Positions 13,801 to 27,659 are shown, counted from the stretch's first letter. The stretch is 64,000 nt of DNA from Eledone cirrhosa (GCA_964016885.1 OZ024742.1:71052001-71116000), one strand, 5' to 3'. A program made the numbers and translations. Notes: a model not told the origin generated them from the sequence alone.

Positions 13801-16800
13801 ACATCCAACAAAGCATGGTAGCTTCATTTCTCTCAAGTCTACGCATGTCCTCAGCAGTCACAGCCAATGTTTCACTACCTGCAGCATCACACTTCACACA
13901 CAGGCATCATACAGTCGTCCTTTTGAATGTAGGAATAAACCTAGCAGGAAACAACATCTCGTGTAACTTGTGGTGAAAACTTTAACAAAAAATGTAGGAA
14001 ACAAAATAATTTCCATTTGCATTCCTCTCGTACAGAAAATTTGGATGAATCAATAACTAAACTCTTAAACAAGTCAAAAAGATTGTTAAAGCTGGTCATG
14101 GAATGGTGACCTCTTGGTAATGCCATGATAAAATGCACCCAGTACACTCAGTAAAGTAGTTGGTATGAAGGAGGACAGCCCACTGTAGAAACAACCCCAA
14201 TAATGTAAGATATGCTTCTCTAATCTATCTAGCCATGACTACAAATAATAATTAACATGAACTGTGAAAACCTGTCTAACTCATGTCAACATGGAAAGTG
14301 GATATAAAATGATGTTGATGATAAAGTGAGGAACCCATCTTCACACATTGAACTTTGTGCCAAATGCTGACATTTGTCATTGTGGCCAGGTCAATTCCCT
14401 CTAACAACTCCTACTCAAAAGCTGCTGTCATAAGTTTAGCAGGGGTGGTGGAACTGGAGGTGGGGGCATGCTCCACTCCACCTCCAATAATTATATTTTC
14501 TCCCCAAACTACCAAAACACACATCTTTTCAATTCAATTCAATATATTTGGCAGAAATTAAAACATAGATGCCATGTAAGGAGGAGAGGGGGGCAAAATT
14601 TACACAGTCAGAACACAGTGGTCCAACACCAGTCCAATTTCGCCTTGAATTGTTGCGTGGTTGACGCGTTGACTACTTCTTCTGGAAGCCGATTCCAGGG
14701 TCCAGAGATGCAGATCAGAAAGCAGCTTTCTGTCTATTTAGGCAAAGGCGGTGAAACAGCTTTTTGTCATGTCCACGTAGACCCCCTTTCAAGTGCCAGA
14801 GTGAATTGGAGATCTTGAGGGAGATCGTAATAGCCATTGAAGAGATTGTAAGCCAAAATGAGATCGCCTCTTAGCCGTCGACACTCCAAGGAGAAGAGGT
14901 TCAGCTTCTGCAGCCGGCTTTCGTAGGGCAGCTCATGAAGACCCTGTACCATTCGAGTCGCTAGTCGTTGAACTCTCTCCAAGTGATGGATATCCCAGAT
15001 GAGATATGGGTTTGATGCTTGGATGCCATATTCTAGGTGCGGTCTCACAAGGGCGACATAGAGAGGCCTGAAAATTTCTGGAGTGAGTTTGGCAAAGGAG
15101 CGTTGAATAAGAAAAAGAGAGCTCCTTGCCTTGTTTGCGGCTTGAGTGCAATGTTTTGATGGTTTGAAGGACGAGTCGACCAGCAGACCTTTAGTCTCCT
15201 CAACCTCCTTCAAAGGAGCAGTGCCACCGTTGAAGGTAAGAGCTGAGTTATAAGGTGTACCCACTGCCATATGGCAACACTTATCGACATTAAGGTATAA
15301 ATCCCAGTCAATGGACCAACTCCAGGCGCACTGGAGGCTAGACTTGAGATTGTCGATCTCGCTCCTACAGGCTACCATTTTCACATCATCTGCAAATAGA
15401 AGCACGTTTCCACCAATCACGTCCGGCATGTCGTTGATGTATAGAAGGAAGAGAATTGGGCCCAGCACAGAGCCCTGGGGAACGCCGCTGCCTACACCCA
15501 CCCCCGATGACAGACTGCCATTGATCTAAACTCTGCAAGTACGACCCTCAAGAAATGATCCAATCCACTTTATAATCGAATCATGGAGACCATAGTTGCT
15601 GAGCTTATGCAGGAGCAGGCAGTGGTTGACAGAGTCAAAGGCTTTTGCGAAGTCAAGAAAGATAATATCGGCCGCATCTCTATCGTCTTATCCTCGTCAC
15701 CCATTCTTCCATCACGAGTAGGTTTGTAAGACAGGAACGTTTCGGGATGAAACCGTGTTGAGATGGAGAGATGGCAGTGAAAGACGCAAGATGAGCCATA
15801 ATTTCCCACTTGATTAGAGATTCCAAGGCTTTACAGACGATTGAGGTGAGGCTCACGGGTCTATAGTTCCCCGGATCTTCTTTGTCGCCTTTTTTAAAGA
15901 TAGGGCAAATTATAGCTACTTTCCAGTCGGCAGGAACAATTCCGGTAGCCAATGATAGGTTGAATAGTGTGGCTAGAGGTTTAGCAAGGTTGGGTGCAAC
16001 TGCACCCAAAATCGCTGGATGTAGACTGTCTGCACCATGCCCCTTATTCACATCTAAGGACAAAAACAACTTTTCCACCTCATCTGGTCTGACGGTGGTT
16101 GGCTGCATTGGTGGGGAGATCATGTTTAGATTTAGATTTGGAGGTTCTCTGCCATCGTCCTCCTTGAAGATATTTGCGTAAACATCAGCAAAAAGAGAAG
16201 CTTGTTGGTCAGCGTATTCAATAACTGCACCTTCGGGGTTTCGGAGAGTGACAATTTGGTTATTCAGTTTTTGATTTCTCTGCATATGAGCATAAAAGCG
16301 CTTTGGATTACGACCGGCATCATTTGAAAGTTCCCTTTCAAAATTTTGTCTTCCAATTCAGGAATTATGCTTGACATGATTTCGCTGCTTTCAAATGCCG
16401 CCGCAGACATGGTCTCTTGATAGTGCCCCCAAGCAGCGTTTCTTAACTTCCGTTCGCAGATAATTGTCTTTGTTATCCAGGGTTTGTGTTTCTTGCGTTT
16501 TGGCGTTCTCAGCGGCACATCTATTTGTATATGCACTGCAATTTATGTACTTGTTATGTTTATCACATACCAACATTTCTTTTTTATATATCTTGGTTGA
16601 TATTTGATAATAACACATATTAACCTTCATAGTAAATTCGTTTGTCATGTCATAACTTTTTTTCCACATATCAGTATGTGTATTTAGAGACAGATTTCAT
16701 AGGTTATTTTACTATAATCACTTTATAATCATTGAAAGCTGTAAATGTAATATGACCTGCTTGGATTCAAATTGCATTTTCTTACCATTTTAGAGTGCAA

Positions 16801-19061
16801 AGAGATCACTACAACTAAATTGACCAAATTTGGCCCCACCAGTTTAGAAATGCTTCCATTGCCCCTGTTTAGTCAAGCACTTCACTACTCACGGGTGAAC
16901 TCATTCATGATACAGTCATGCTAAAGCCCTTCCAGAATTATGTAAATGGTCAGGCAGACAGTTGAAAATGTGGACAATATCTACTCAACACATCCTGAGT
17001 AAAAACCAACACAAGTATCATCTGAAGATTGCATTTCATTTAATGAAGACTATATGATGTTTCATTTAATGAAGACTGTATGATTTTTATGTTTAGGCAA
17101 ACATGCTACACTGGCCAGGAAACATGAATATGAGGGGACAAGTGAACTGAGAGAAAAGCTGAACATCAGAGATATTCACTGTAGTGTGTAACAGAGAAGA
17201 TTGCAATAACAAGAAAATATGGGGTGAATGAAAAATGATGGGTGGAAAATGCCAACAGATACAAGAAGAAAATACCTGCAAAAGAGTAGCACTAAATACG
17301 TTGTTGTTGTTACTGTTGTCTAAACCTAAGTTCGTAATGGTCAAACCCATTTTAGCTCTTCTTTTTCAATTGTACAAAGAACCAATGACTACATCATCTA
17401 ACTCCATTAGGGCCCATATATTATATATATATATTATTTATTTAATTATGTAATAAACAACACAATATAATTATTCCATTACCCAAGGTTTTACGAAGCT
17501 AGACGATTCTAACAGAAACGTCTGATATCGTTCATCAGACGGAATCTTTATTCACTTCGCAACCAGCTTGTGCATGTATTACGCTTACAGTCTCTGTCTA
17601 CCAAATCCTCTAACATGACATAGTCATGGGGTGACAGTAACACATGTCCAAGTTGGTTGCGAAGGGAACTTCTTAACCAAATAGCCATGTCTGCGTCTGT
17701 GTGAGTGTGTGTATGGTAGCTAGACCTACTAGAAACAGCACCCAAATTTCCCGGAAATCACTCATATGTATGTGTGTGTGTGTGTAAGCCAATTGGAGAA
17801 CTTCGACATGGTATCATGAAATGACAGAAATACCAGCAAAATTTCTCTCAACCCACACTCTATTGTCTTTATGTATGTATGTGTATGTATGCATGTGTGG
17901 GTGAGTGTAAATACGTATTTGTGTATATGTGTACGTGTATATGTATGTTCTTCTGGTTTCATAATTTTATAAATTTTTACCAATAGAGAGATAGTAGGTT
18001 TCTAACACAAGACTCATTGGAATTTAGACAGCATCAACTAGGTAGATATGTATGCATGCGTGCAGGTATGGATGTTATTGGATGTGTGGATGAGTTATAT
18101 GTGCACATGTGCCTGTTTTATATCTGTACATGCTCATGCAGTTATTACATGCAGAATATGTATGTATGTGTGTATGTATGAACCCACAAGCGAAGACTAC
18201 GTGGTAGCTAGACGTGCTAGAAATAGCAGGTAATTCATCCTCAAAGCACACCTTTCTGTTTTGAAAGAATACCCATGCATTGTCAGGTACCTCTAATATG
18301 TGTGTGTGAAGGTTCGTGTCTTAGTGTTCAGGGTGTTTGGCTCCCGGTTGTAATGTCGTGAATTCGATTACATACAAAGTTTGCACACATTTACATTTAC
18401 AATATATAGTAAATCAGAATTTGTAGCATTTTACATGTGTCTGAGTGGTTAGGAAGTTGCAAAAGTTGGAAATATAAATTTATTACATATATATAATCGT
18501 GTGTATCCAGTTTAGAATAGGTACACTGTATCCCCGTTTGTCGATATCAGGAAAATCATCGGCTCTAAAACATTGCCCACAAAAGCCGCATCCAACCAAT
18601 GACATATTGAAATGTGGACCTAAAAACGATGAAGTTGATGCAACACCACAGATTTATAGAGGAGAAATAATATTGTTTCACGTCTATGTATGCTCAATGA
18701 TATTAAAAACATGAGTGAATCGTTCTGAAATTGAAACTGGTTTGCAGACTGGGAACACTCCTTCAGAGCGCTCATTCAAGGTCGGATGTTTATCAATATA
18801 ATAAAGACCTAATCAGTACTTGCGGTTACAATGTCATTAATCAATAACAATTTAAAAAGTGGTATTTGTTGGTGGATGAGCTGACAAATTCAGAAATCAT
18901 CGTGGCAATCTATTTGTTTAATATTTATAGTGAAGTTAAAGACATAAACAGACAAATACTGCAACCACGAATATAGCAGGAATTTCACAAAAGCATGAGA
19001 ACTCAGTTGAAGATTAGACTAAGAAATGAAAGTTAGCAACAATCTTTTCATAGAGCGCAAT

Positions 19062-19133
<72 letters not shown>

Positions 19134-19193
19134 CGATAAACTTTACCTTGGATTTGTTACAGTTTTCGAGAATAACGCTACAATGGACGACAT
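8488..19193 (-). CDS. MRPL40: Mitochondrial ribosomal protein mL40 (39S L40), complete
   Basis: Coding exons 19193-19147 (MSSIVALFSKTVTNPS), 11121-10924 (LPYKCFHCSGAPMKKKRRTD...KKIEKQIKRLEKYSQKLKPVDE...), 10321-10129 (YRVKPKLSFEESENRTLMKKAWSVY...AQKEALTELQQQSEELYQLAIQ) and 8601-8488 (IDEQLIPFTHQGPVRTAAITNYEPPDGDYKDTSRKWD*). All junctions are GT-AG and phases match. Aligns with human MRPL40 motifs (LTFEETERR, AQQEALEELQ, NYQPPEGRYND). Confidence 0.92.
10441..10624. mobile_element. piggyBac-like MITE
   Basis: TTAA|CCCTTTAGCATTCAC ... TGAACATTAAAGGG|TTAA. Confidence 0.8.
10777..10900. repeat. (CAC/CAT)n trinucleotide low-complexity tract
   Basis: Degenerate CACCACCAT/CATCATTAT run in MRPL40 intron 2. 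Confidence 0.85.
11221..11425. repeat. Tandem repeat of about 48 bp, about 4-5 copies
   Basis: Repeated GTGAAAGACACTGATTATGTCATTAATT...CATTACCATATTT. Confidence 0.8.
11990..12174 (-). mobile_element. tRNA-derived SINE with 12-bp TSD
   Basis: Reverse complement has a tRNA-like head (GTATCGGTAGAGGGTCGGACGCC...GTTCAAATCCCGCCGAGG) and tail CCAAAAGTAGAAACA. TSD TATTAAAATAAT at 11978-11989 and 12175-12186. Family copies at 23885-24080, 27149-27242, 29409-29532, 37840-38019, 42820-42961, 56563-56712 and 63420-63548. Confidence 0.85.
14600..16520 (-). mobile_element. Degenerate CR1/L2-group LINE reverse transcriptase (5'-truncated, frameshifted) in MRPL40 intron 1
   Basis: ORFs 16536-16264 (KPWITK), 16285-15680 (PADWKVAIICPIFKKGDKEDPGNYRPVSLTS, QHGFIPKRSCLTNLL) and 15501-14767 (GVPQGSVLGPILFLLYIND, FADD, RPHLEYG, RRLRGDLI) are split by frameshifts. 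Confidence 0.93.
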
Positions 19194-19308
19194 GCTTGTG
19201 TCTGATAATTGAAGGGCGAATAACCCTAATGTTCATTAGAGTTATTTGTCCTTGAATATGCTTATTCTATTTATTTATTTATTTAATGAACAATTGTCTT
19301 CGACTCAC

Positions 19309-19470
19309 GAACTGCCGTTTTTCTCTACAAAATTGGGAGGATTGTATCTCATCTGACGAAGGACCTCCGTCAGTTTGAGTGCTGATGTCACTGGCTGTTC
19401 TTCGCCATTTAATCCACGGAGCGCAGTCGAAATATACCGCCTAGATTGGAATGTACGAACCCGCCCTACA
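19309..19470 (-). promoter_or_regulatory. Probable non-coding first exon and promoter of MRPL40
   Basis: CpG-richer island. Minus-strand donor GTGAGT at 19308-19303 and acceptor TTATCAG at about 19208-19202 define a 107-nt intron just upstream of the ATG exon. GC box (GGGCGGG, about 19460-19466), CCAAT (about 19446-19450) and AAATGGCG (YY1-like) are present. Confidence 0.6.
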
Positions 19471-19759
19471 TTCTCATTCCCCTTATTGTAATCATTTAAT
19501 TTTTTTTTTCCATGTTCATGATGCGAAATGATTACTAAATATTTCTTTAGAGCGTACATTTAGATTATTTCCCTTGAAATAAAATGTTTGAGTTGTTTCC
19601 ATAGTGGAAGTTCTAACATAGTACCAACAGATTCATTATATATATTGTATCTATACTTCTCGACATTGGACTACTGGCTAATATTTTTTAATGTATCTGT
19701 GTTTCACTAAAAACTGGGCTGTCAGTGTAGCTGCCTGCCAGGAAAGAATGCGTTGTTAG

Positions 19760-20530
19760 TCTTTTCCACACATCTTGTCTTTTCTCTATCGATGTATAAA
19801 CGTAAATGGGACGACATCAAGTGCACGTCAACCTTCAGGTGGATCGGGTCTGGTTCGGACCAACACTGCTTCGTATGTCTCTATACCACTTCGCAACAAA
19901 AACCGAGGCGTGTGATTCAGTTCGATGCCATGCTCATCAACTGGTACCCTTCTTGATGCACTCACATCAGAGTGGCCCAACACTTTGGACTCCATGTGTG
20001 TGAGCCCCACAAATGCCATTGTGGAGCTGTCGTCAATGAGTTTGGCCCGCACCCACTATCATGCTGCCAGAGCACAGGCCGGTTCCTCCGACATGTCATT
20101 CTCAGCAACATAGTGAGAAGTAGCTCTGGAGCCATCAGGCCTCAACCGTGGAGATGGCAAGCACCCTAATGGAATAACTCTCTTCCCATACAAGGAGGTA
20201 AATCCTTCATCTGAGACGTGATATACTGTAACACGTCCTCTGCCTCCAACTTAGTCACTGTGGCCATAAAACCTGGTACTATAGCCTGCAATGTAGAGGA
20301 CAGAAAGACAAGCAAATACAGGGGCTTGTCCAGTCGCATCCTCTTTGCACCAATTGCCGTCAAGGCCTCAGGTTTCCTTTGACCCAGTACAGCTTTTCTT
20401 TCTGTAAAATCGAAACAACAGCAGCCCTTCAGAAGAAGGAGCCCCACAAAGTGGGATGGATGTTGCAGCGAGTGTTGCTGGCCATTGACTACGGAAATGC
20501 TTTTGCCATTTTGTCCAAGGGGCACAACTA
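19760..20530 (+). mobile_element. CRE-like (RLE) non-LTR retrotransposon 3' remnant
   Basis: Zinc-knuckle-like CEPHKCHCG...HPLSC...GRFLRH, then in shifted frames EPSGLNRGDGKHPNGITLFP and PIAVK...G, matching the C-terminal restriction-like endonuclease region of CRE-clade elements. Confidence 0.7.
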
Positions 20531-23500
20531 AAACACCACTCTGACCTAGGGTACAGTCTGTCACCCTCTCCCCTTCCCCCATCTTTCTTCCTTTGCTTAA
20601 TAGTCCTTGCTCTTTCTCTCATTTTCCTCTCATTTATGGCATTTATAGTCCCTTATAATGCTGCTTTCTTTTTCTGTATGTTTGACCAATTATAAATCTA
20701 GTAGTAAACCAACAATAAATGTAGTAGTTGATCTGTAAGTAAAAAGATAATTGCTATAACATAGCCACAGCAACTTAACATTGGTCCCCAAAACTGACGT
20801 ACTTGTAGGAAGAACATCAAAGACACAATAGAGATATTAAATAGTTTCATTAAATATTTTTTTTTAAATAAGACATCTGTACTTTAAATGCTCTCATATA
20901 TAAATCATCAATATTTTACATCTGTTTTACAGGTTTTCTTGGGTTGGACATGTAATGGACATGTCGTCTGGTGCTCTTTCACATAGCACCAGTACTACCA
21001 TTTTACAGAGTGCATTGGGTGCTTTTGACCATGGCATCAGCACTAACATTTCAGAGTACATTTGGTGCTTTTTATCACGGTACCAGCAGTACCATTTTAC
21101 TGGGTGCTTTTTACAATTGCACCAGCACTACCATTTTACAGAATACAGTTTCGGTTGCTACCACTGGATACATTATTGTGTCACTAGCACTTGTAAGTTT
21201 GTCTTGATGCTCACAAAACTGAAAACTATTTCTTACTTAGTCACCGTTTTATCAAGGCAATGTTACTCCTAGTGTAGATAGAATGATTGGAGTGAGGGTG
21301 TGAGGTTATAATGGGTAAGATAGGGAATTAGAGTGATGAGGTTGGGAGATAGACAGAGTTGGAGGGAAAAGGTAATATAGTGGGGTGAGAAAGGGAGGGA
21401 GAAGAATAAATAGTGTATGAGGGGGTAGGGAATGAGATGGAGTAGGACAAGAAATGTAGCGTAGAGTGGGGAGGAAATAGTGTGCAAGAGGGAAGGTGTG
21501 AGAGGAGAAAGGAAGTGTTGAATGGGAGGAGTGATGAATTGAATACGGGGGTGGGGGGGACTAAATTTCCTTCTCCTCCCTCCCCTTGACAGTATGGCTG
21601 TGTGTATGATGGTGGGGTCAAAGTAACAAATGTGATAAAATATGAGACGTGGAGGGGAGATGGAAGCTTAAAAGTGACATATTAGGCAGGAGATCTAAAT
21701 ATTGATATACACCCCACCCACCAGTTTTATTTCAATTTTAAGACTTTTTTCACCATGTGCCACCAATCATCTTAATCTTTTGTCATCTGTTGTGAGATTT
21801 AAGTCTACATACTTCTTTAACCCTAACACTAACCCATTACTTTTCCTATGTGCTCATAATTTATACAATTTTTTCTGCTTATTGTGTAGGAACATTTCCC
21901 TGTTGATATTAAGGGCCTGTCCTACATGCTAGAACTCTACTCTTTACTAAATTTACATTGAGACCTCTTGATTTCAGGTTTTGCTTCCATGTATGGAAAG
22001 CATACATTAACTGTGTACTCTATTGAGAAACTTAACTGTGTACTTTACTGAGAAGCATTGACCTCATTCATTGCATGTATTTGGAAAGAATCCCATCAAC
22101 AGTCATCTCAGTGAAAAGATGAATGGTGTGAGTGATAACAGGTGGTAGATATCCACCCATCTAACCCCTGTAACTTTAACATTTTTATCATACATTAAAA
22201 TGGATATCCGTTCATCATGAAAATTGTTATCATACATTAAAATGAAATGGTTTTCACGCTGCATTTTTTTTTATGCTTTGAACATTTGACATTCAGAATC
22301 TGCCTTTTTGTGTGTGTGTGTGTGCAAAGTAGCCATACCAAATAATTAAAGTAATGTGTATTCAATAATGAAAGCATTATACTAATAAATGTTCACTTTC
22401 TACAATGAAAATAATCTGATGATTGAATGTTTTGAACATGCTGATTCCAAATACTCCAATATTTTCCAAAAGCAGGTCATAGATATGCTTGATTAGGACT
22501 TGGGTCTAAAAAGCAACAATAAAAGTAGTGAATTTGTATATAAATTAAAAGAATCTAAATACAGAATTATCAACAAACAACCTGAATTTGAAATTCTACT
22601 TTCAAATGCAGAACCCCTTAAATAAATAAATAGCAAATGGATGCAACATAGTTAAGAAGTTCTCTTCACAATCATAAGTAAAATTATGTAGATGGAACCT
22701 GTTTGGAAACCTGTTGGATGTATTGTACTGATATTTCAAAGTTCCAGCCTAGTAACAGCCATGCTAAATCTCCCTGAAAACTACACTAAAGGCATGCATA
22801 TATGGAATGCTCAGCACATTAATTTGACAAGCAGGCTGTTCTTCTAATCAAACAACTGGAACGCTCATTGTCGAAGCTCACAGAAGTCCATTCTATATTC
22901 CCAATAAATAGTAACAATAACTGTGTATGTTTACATTCTGAAAACATAAACATTGTCAATTTATTCCCAATCTATAAAACTGGAAATAAACTTAACCACA
23001 CCACCACCCATGTCTGTTCAGATTAAAAACCTACAAATGCTACTAATGCTCACAATCTAGGATAGCTATTCAAGGCAACCAGCCTTTGTAACAAGATACT
23101 TATTTCAGCTTTAATTTAGGTACTACAGCATATTTTACAACTGACACACACATCCACCTAATGTGGAATATAAAAATGTCATTCATCTGATGTTGCTATT
23201 ACTGATACTACTACAATTTCTGTTACCACCTACCATCCTATCCAAGGCCTACTTGACACTGCATAATTAAATCATAAAATTAGATGAGTAAGCGATGTCA
23301 AATAGGTCAACAGAATAAATTTAGATAAATAAGCAAAGGTTTGATATATAGAGTGACGTATACAAAAATAAATCTCAATTAATAAACATTTCCCTCTCAG
23401 TTGGAGAAAGAAAACAAACCCAGTGATAATTGTTAGCAACTTTGAATGAAAAAAGGGAGATAATTTGATTCAATTATTTCACAAAATTAATTTACATATT

Positions 23501-24554
23501 ACTGCAAAATCTTTATTAACATGTCAAGTAACACCTATAGACATATTTCTGCCGTATTGAATACTGTCAGCAAAACACTCAAACTGAAGCCTGCTTGATA
23601 GTTTGACAATGGATTTTATATATAGAATATGAACTATGAAGATGTTTGCATAATTTAAAAAAATAGAAGCTAAATATTTAAATGTTGTCCAAAAATAATT
23701 TATGAAAAAAATAACTCAAAATCTGAGCAAAATGGGGATTTAAAAAATAATATAAGACCAAACTGTATGGACACTTTAAACAAAGCCAAGTGAGAAATTC
23801 TTTCAATTTTTAATAAACTAATTTCTTTCTTTTTTAATTTTAGCAAGATTAATTATACATGGCTACCAAAAAATTGAGAGGTGGATTGGTAGTATCAGAC
23901 AAAATGCTTGGCGGTATTTAGTTACGAATTTATATGTTATGAGTTCAAATCCCACTGAGGCCAACTTTGCCTTTCATTCTTGCAGAATTGATAAAATAAA
24001 GTACCAGTTAAGTACTGAGGTTGATATAATTGACTTTTTCCTTTCCTCAAATTGCTGGGTTTGTGCCAGTGTCAGAAAGAAATACTAGGAGCATAATGTA
24101 ATTAACATGACAATAAAAATTAAGCCAATGAGACAAAAAAAAAAAAGAAACAAGTATACAATACAGCAAGGAATGGTGGTATTACCTTCTAGAAAATTTT
24201 GAAGCAACAACCTAAAACAGTCCTAGTATAAGCAATAATTCCATTAAAACAAACCACTTACAATAACAGCTATAAATATAATCAAACGTTAAAGCAATAT
24301 GTTTACTAGTGCTTTCCACTTTCAGTTCAAATGCAGACAATGTTCATTTTACATTTTATCCCTATGGGATAAAATAAGATCACACCAGGAAAAAGCGCAT
24401 CGTGCAGGGATCCTTTGTGGTATTCTTCTGGATTTTGTGTATATTTAGTAGAGTTCACTATGTTGCATTCACTGTATATACTGTAACACGCCATTGTATA
24501 TAGTGTAACATTGCACTTCATTTCTTATATGGTAATATGGCATTTTACTATATA

Positions 24555-25980
24555 CTAGCAGTGTATCCCGGTGTTGCATGGATAAGAACATTGGTAATAC
24601 CACCTCCAATGAGAAACGTTTATTTGTGAGTGCCTGTTAAAAACTCACGAAAATATACCAACGGGAAACTTGTTTTATTTGGAGAAAATTAAGAAGTTGA
24701 AAGTACAGTTTAGCTGTCTACGTGCATTGTTCATAGAAATATTGTTGAGCCCCTTCTTTTCATACTCCTTCTGTGACAGTTGTTTCGACTCTGTTTTGGC
24801 CTATTGGAGTAAATGTGAAAGAGAAAGTCACAGGTTAAGTTGGCAGAAGGTTCCAGTGTCATAGCAGTAAGGTGTAGGCTACTTACCTCGAAAGTTCATT
24901 CGCACTCTTTCCACTAAGTTACTCTTTCTCTCTATCCCTCTCGGTGCAGTCCCTTGCGAATTTCTCGCGTAGGCCTGGTGTAGATTTGCACCCGATCCAT
25001 CTGCCCGATGCACATGTCCGCTTTGTACGGCTTTTGGAGGAAGGAGTGACCAGCAGTACGTTGTTCAGTATTATTACGAAAAGGTGTAGCAGAGAATCCC
25101 ACGTGAACTAACAGCTCGGGAAGAAACTGCTTACCTCGAAGATTCATTCGCCATCGTTCTTGTCAACGCTCCGTTTAGTTGGTAATTGATGATCTACAGA
25201 TAGATGAATGACGCACAAAGGGTTAATGTTTATTGGCAAGAAATTTTTTAATTAATAATAGACGGGTTAAAGCGACCTACAATGTATCATTCTGCGTTGA
25301 TGTTAGCGGTTTTCGTTATTGTCAGTGGGTTTTTTGGACGGCAAATTCGAGACCCTTCTGTTTCTCCCTCAATAAACTGACTACTATGAAGACCAATCCA
25401 TGTTGGCCTGCGGATGGAAATGCAGAACGCAAAGGTGAAAGTTCAGTGGTAATGGGAGTCCTATGTAGCAGCATTAACATTGACATTGCTTACGTGTGCT
25501 TTCACCCTTAACGGGATCTTCTGAAACTAAAAAAATCAATCTGTGAACGCAGAAGTAAATATTTCGAAAAACATTGCAACCAAAGGAAAACAGGAATACG
25601 ATACTTTGGTTCGTGAAGACGTTCCCTGGCAATGAACGGAAAATAGCGAAGAAAATACGTCATCAATGAGAACAATATTTGTCATAATGTCGTAATGGAG
25701 ACAGCCAGATATACAGACAGATATTATAAGGGCGCAACCTTATAGCTTTGTATCTATCTAAAAAGACAGACTAAGAAAGACAGAGAGATCGATAACTGGC
25801 GCCTAACACCCCTTTAACAACAGAAAATTTTAAAATAAAAGCTGCAGTTAATATCTTTAGACTACAAGGAATATACAAATGCAAGTTTGAAGTCAATCGG
25901 AGTAGAAATGTGGATTTGTATAGACTTTGCAAAAATTAGGGGACACACACAGACAATTTCAGTTTTATATATATGTATAG
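24555..25980 (-). mobile_element. Non-autonomous Helitron-like element
   Basis: The minus-strand 3' end reads CCATGCAACACCGGGATACACTG-CTAG (imperfect hairpin then CTAG). The 5' end reads CTATACATATATATAAAACTGAAATTGTCTGTGTG, as in Lep1-type Helitrons. Confidence 0.6.
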
Positions 25981-26410
25981 CCTAAATATCCCCTCAGTTC
26001 TGGAGCCAGCTGGATTAACCAGAAGTGATGGGAAGACACCAGACGGCCTTATTCTTTCTCCATGGGTAAGAGGCAGATGTCTCATCTGGGAGACCACAGT
26101 CAGTGACTCTTTTGCTCCTCCCTCCCACATCATGGATGCCGTGGTGAATGTAAGGATCACTACTTCCATTGCCAAACGCAATAAAATCTGAAAATACCAG
26201 GAACTATCTAACAATTATTTTTTCCAGCCTGTGACGTTTAAGACGTTTCATGGAATTGGGTTGCTGACAGCGAAGTTCTTGTCATCGTTGGCAGCTTGCC
26301 TTCCTGAGGTGTCAGGTGATGCCCATGAGGGTGCCTGACTGTTTCAGCGCCTTAGCCTGGCCATCACCCCTGGTAATGCTGCGAGTGTATTGGCTTGCCT
26401 CAAAAATTTC
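25981..26410 (+). mobile_element. CRE-like RLE endonuclease fragment
   Basis: [45 protein letters not shown] (PD...W motif), then KYQELS.NYFFQPV and FQRLSLAIT.GNA in shifted frames. Confidence 0.8.
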
Positions 26411-27659
26411 CGTTGATCTTTGTGATGTGCGGTTGATTGTCGCACTTAGTGGTGAACTGATGGTGATTTTTGTCCCCGCCCCCATTTTTTCTTTCTCTTG
26501 TTCTGATCGGATACATGACCAGATTTAATGACGGATAAAGGAGCAATTGCCCTTGCGCCCCCCCCCCCCCCCCCCGCAGTTAGGGGCCCCACCAGCATTT
26601 ATTTGAGCCCTTAGCTGGGGTTTTTAGTTTTAGGATGGTTAGAATGTTTGAATTTAATACCTGTATGTATAACTTCTCAATTCCAATTACTTGCCCCAAG
26701 CTTGATATGTAAAATTGCGGGGTTTGCGATATTTTATAATTTTTTATGTATTTTTAGTGGAGCTCCATTCTCATGTACAGTGCACTGCACAGGCTTCCTT
26801 GAGAGGACAAGTGTTTCAGTTTTACTGAATAGTGAAGTTTCTATCCTCCATCCAAATCTACAGTATCAGAGCCACAGAACTTTGTTGAAGAAACTCCGCT
26901 CCTTATCTGAGCTTTCTTGCCTCTGGGACAATCTATCGTTGGAAGTTCTCACCATTGTCCTGTCAAGACAACGATGATAAATGTACAGTCAACTTGACCT
27001 GTGATCCCAACCTCTTGGGAGATGATAACCACAGGGCTGATCATAAATCAACCTCATATATCCATCCTTCTAACTTTAGCACTTATTATAAATACAAGGA
27101 GTTGGGGAACCCAGAGGTCAGACTCGAAGCGGCAGTCAACAAGATAATTGTTTCTACTTTTGGCACAAGGCCAGCAAATACCCAGTAGATTACTGGTACT
27201 TTATTTTATCGACCCCGAAAGGATGAAAGGCAAAGTTAACCTCGGCAGTCAACAAGATAATGATGTAGCATCAGTAGACCTTTCACTCTATCTTTCTCCT
27301 GGCCCTTACTGGCTTACCTCCTCGGCCACCAAAACAGCCAGACAGCCAGCCATGCCTGCCTGACAGATTGATCACTACTACTATGAGGATAAGATATTCT
27401 AAGAATAGGCATGCACACACACATAGTAAGTTCATATTGTTACAGTATACTCTCATTTTATTCTTCCTGCCATATTGTATCTGCAAGACACAACATAACT
27501 TATATACTATATCGTCTTCTCTGATACATGGATTCACATTAGCTCGTAGCAGCTAACAATTTAATGTACGGATATTTTCATGTCATAAATTTTATCACTC
27601 TGTGTTCAAATCGAATATTGTTATTATAAAATAAACATTGTTAACAACTCAATCATGGC

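Noticed and set aside
19350-19380. Hammerhead-like CTGACGA core
   Set aside because: There is no downstream GAAA or three-stem junction. The sequence is a simple CTGACG...CGTCAG hairpin.
21270-21670. Purine-rich G/A tract with short ORFs
   Set aside because: Low-complexity sequence with no periodic unit or coding signature. G-quadruplex potential is weak and unsupported.
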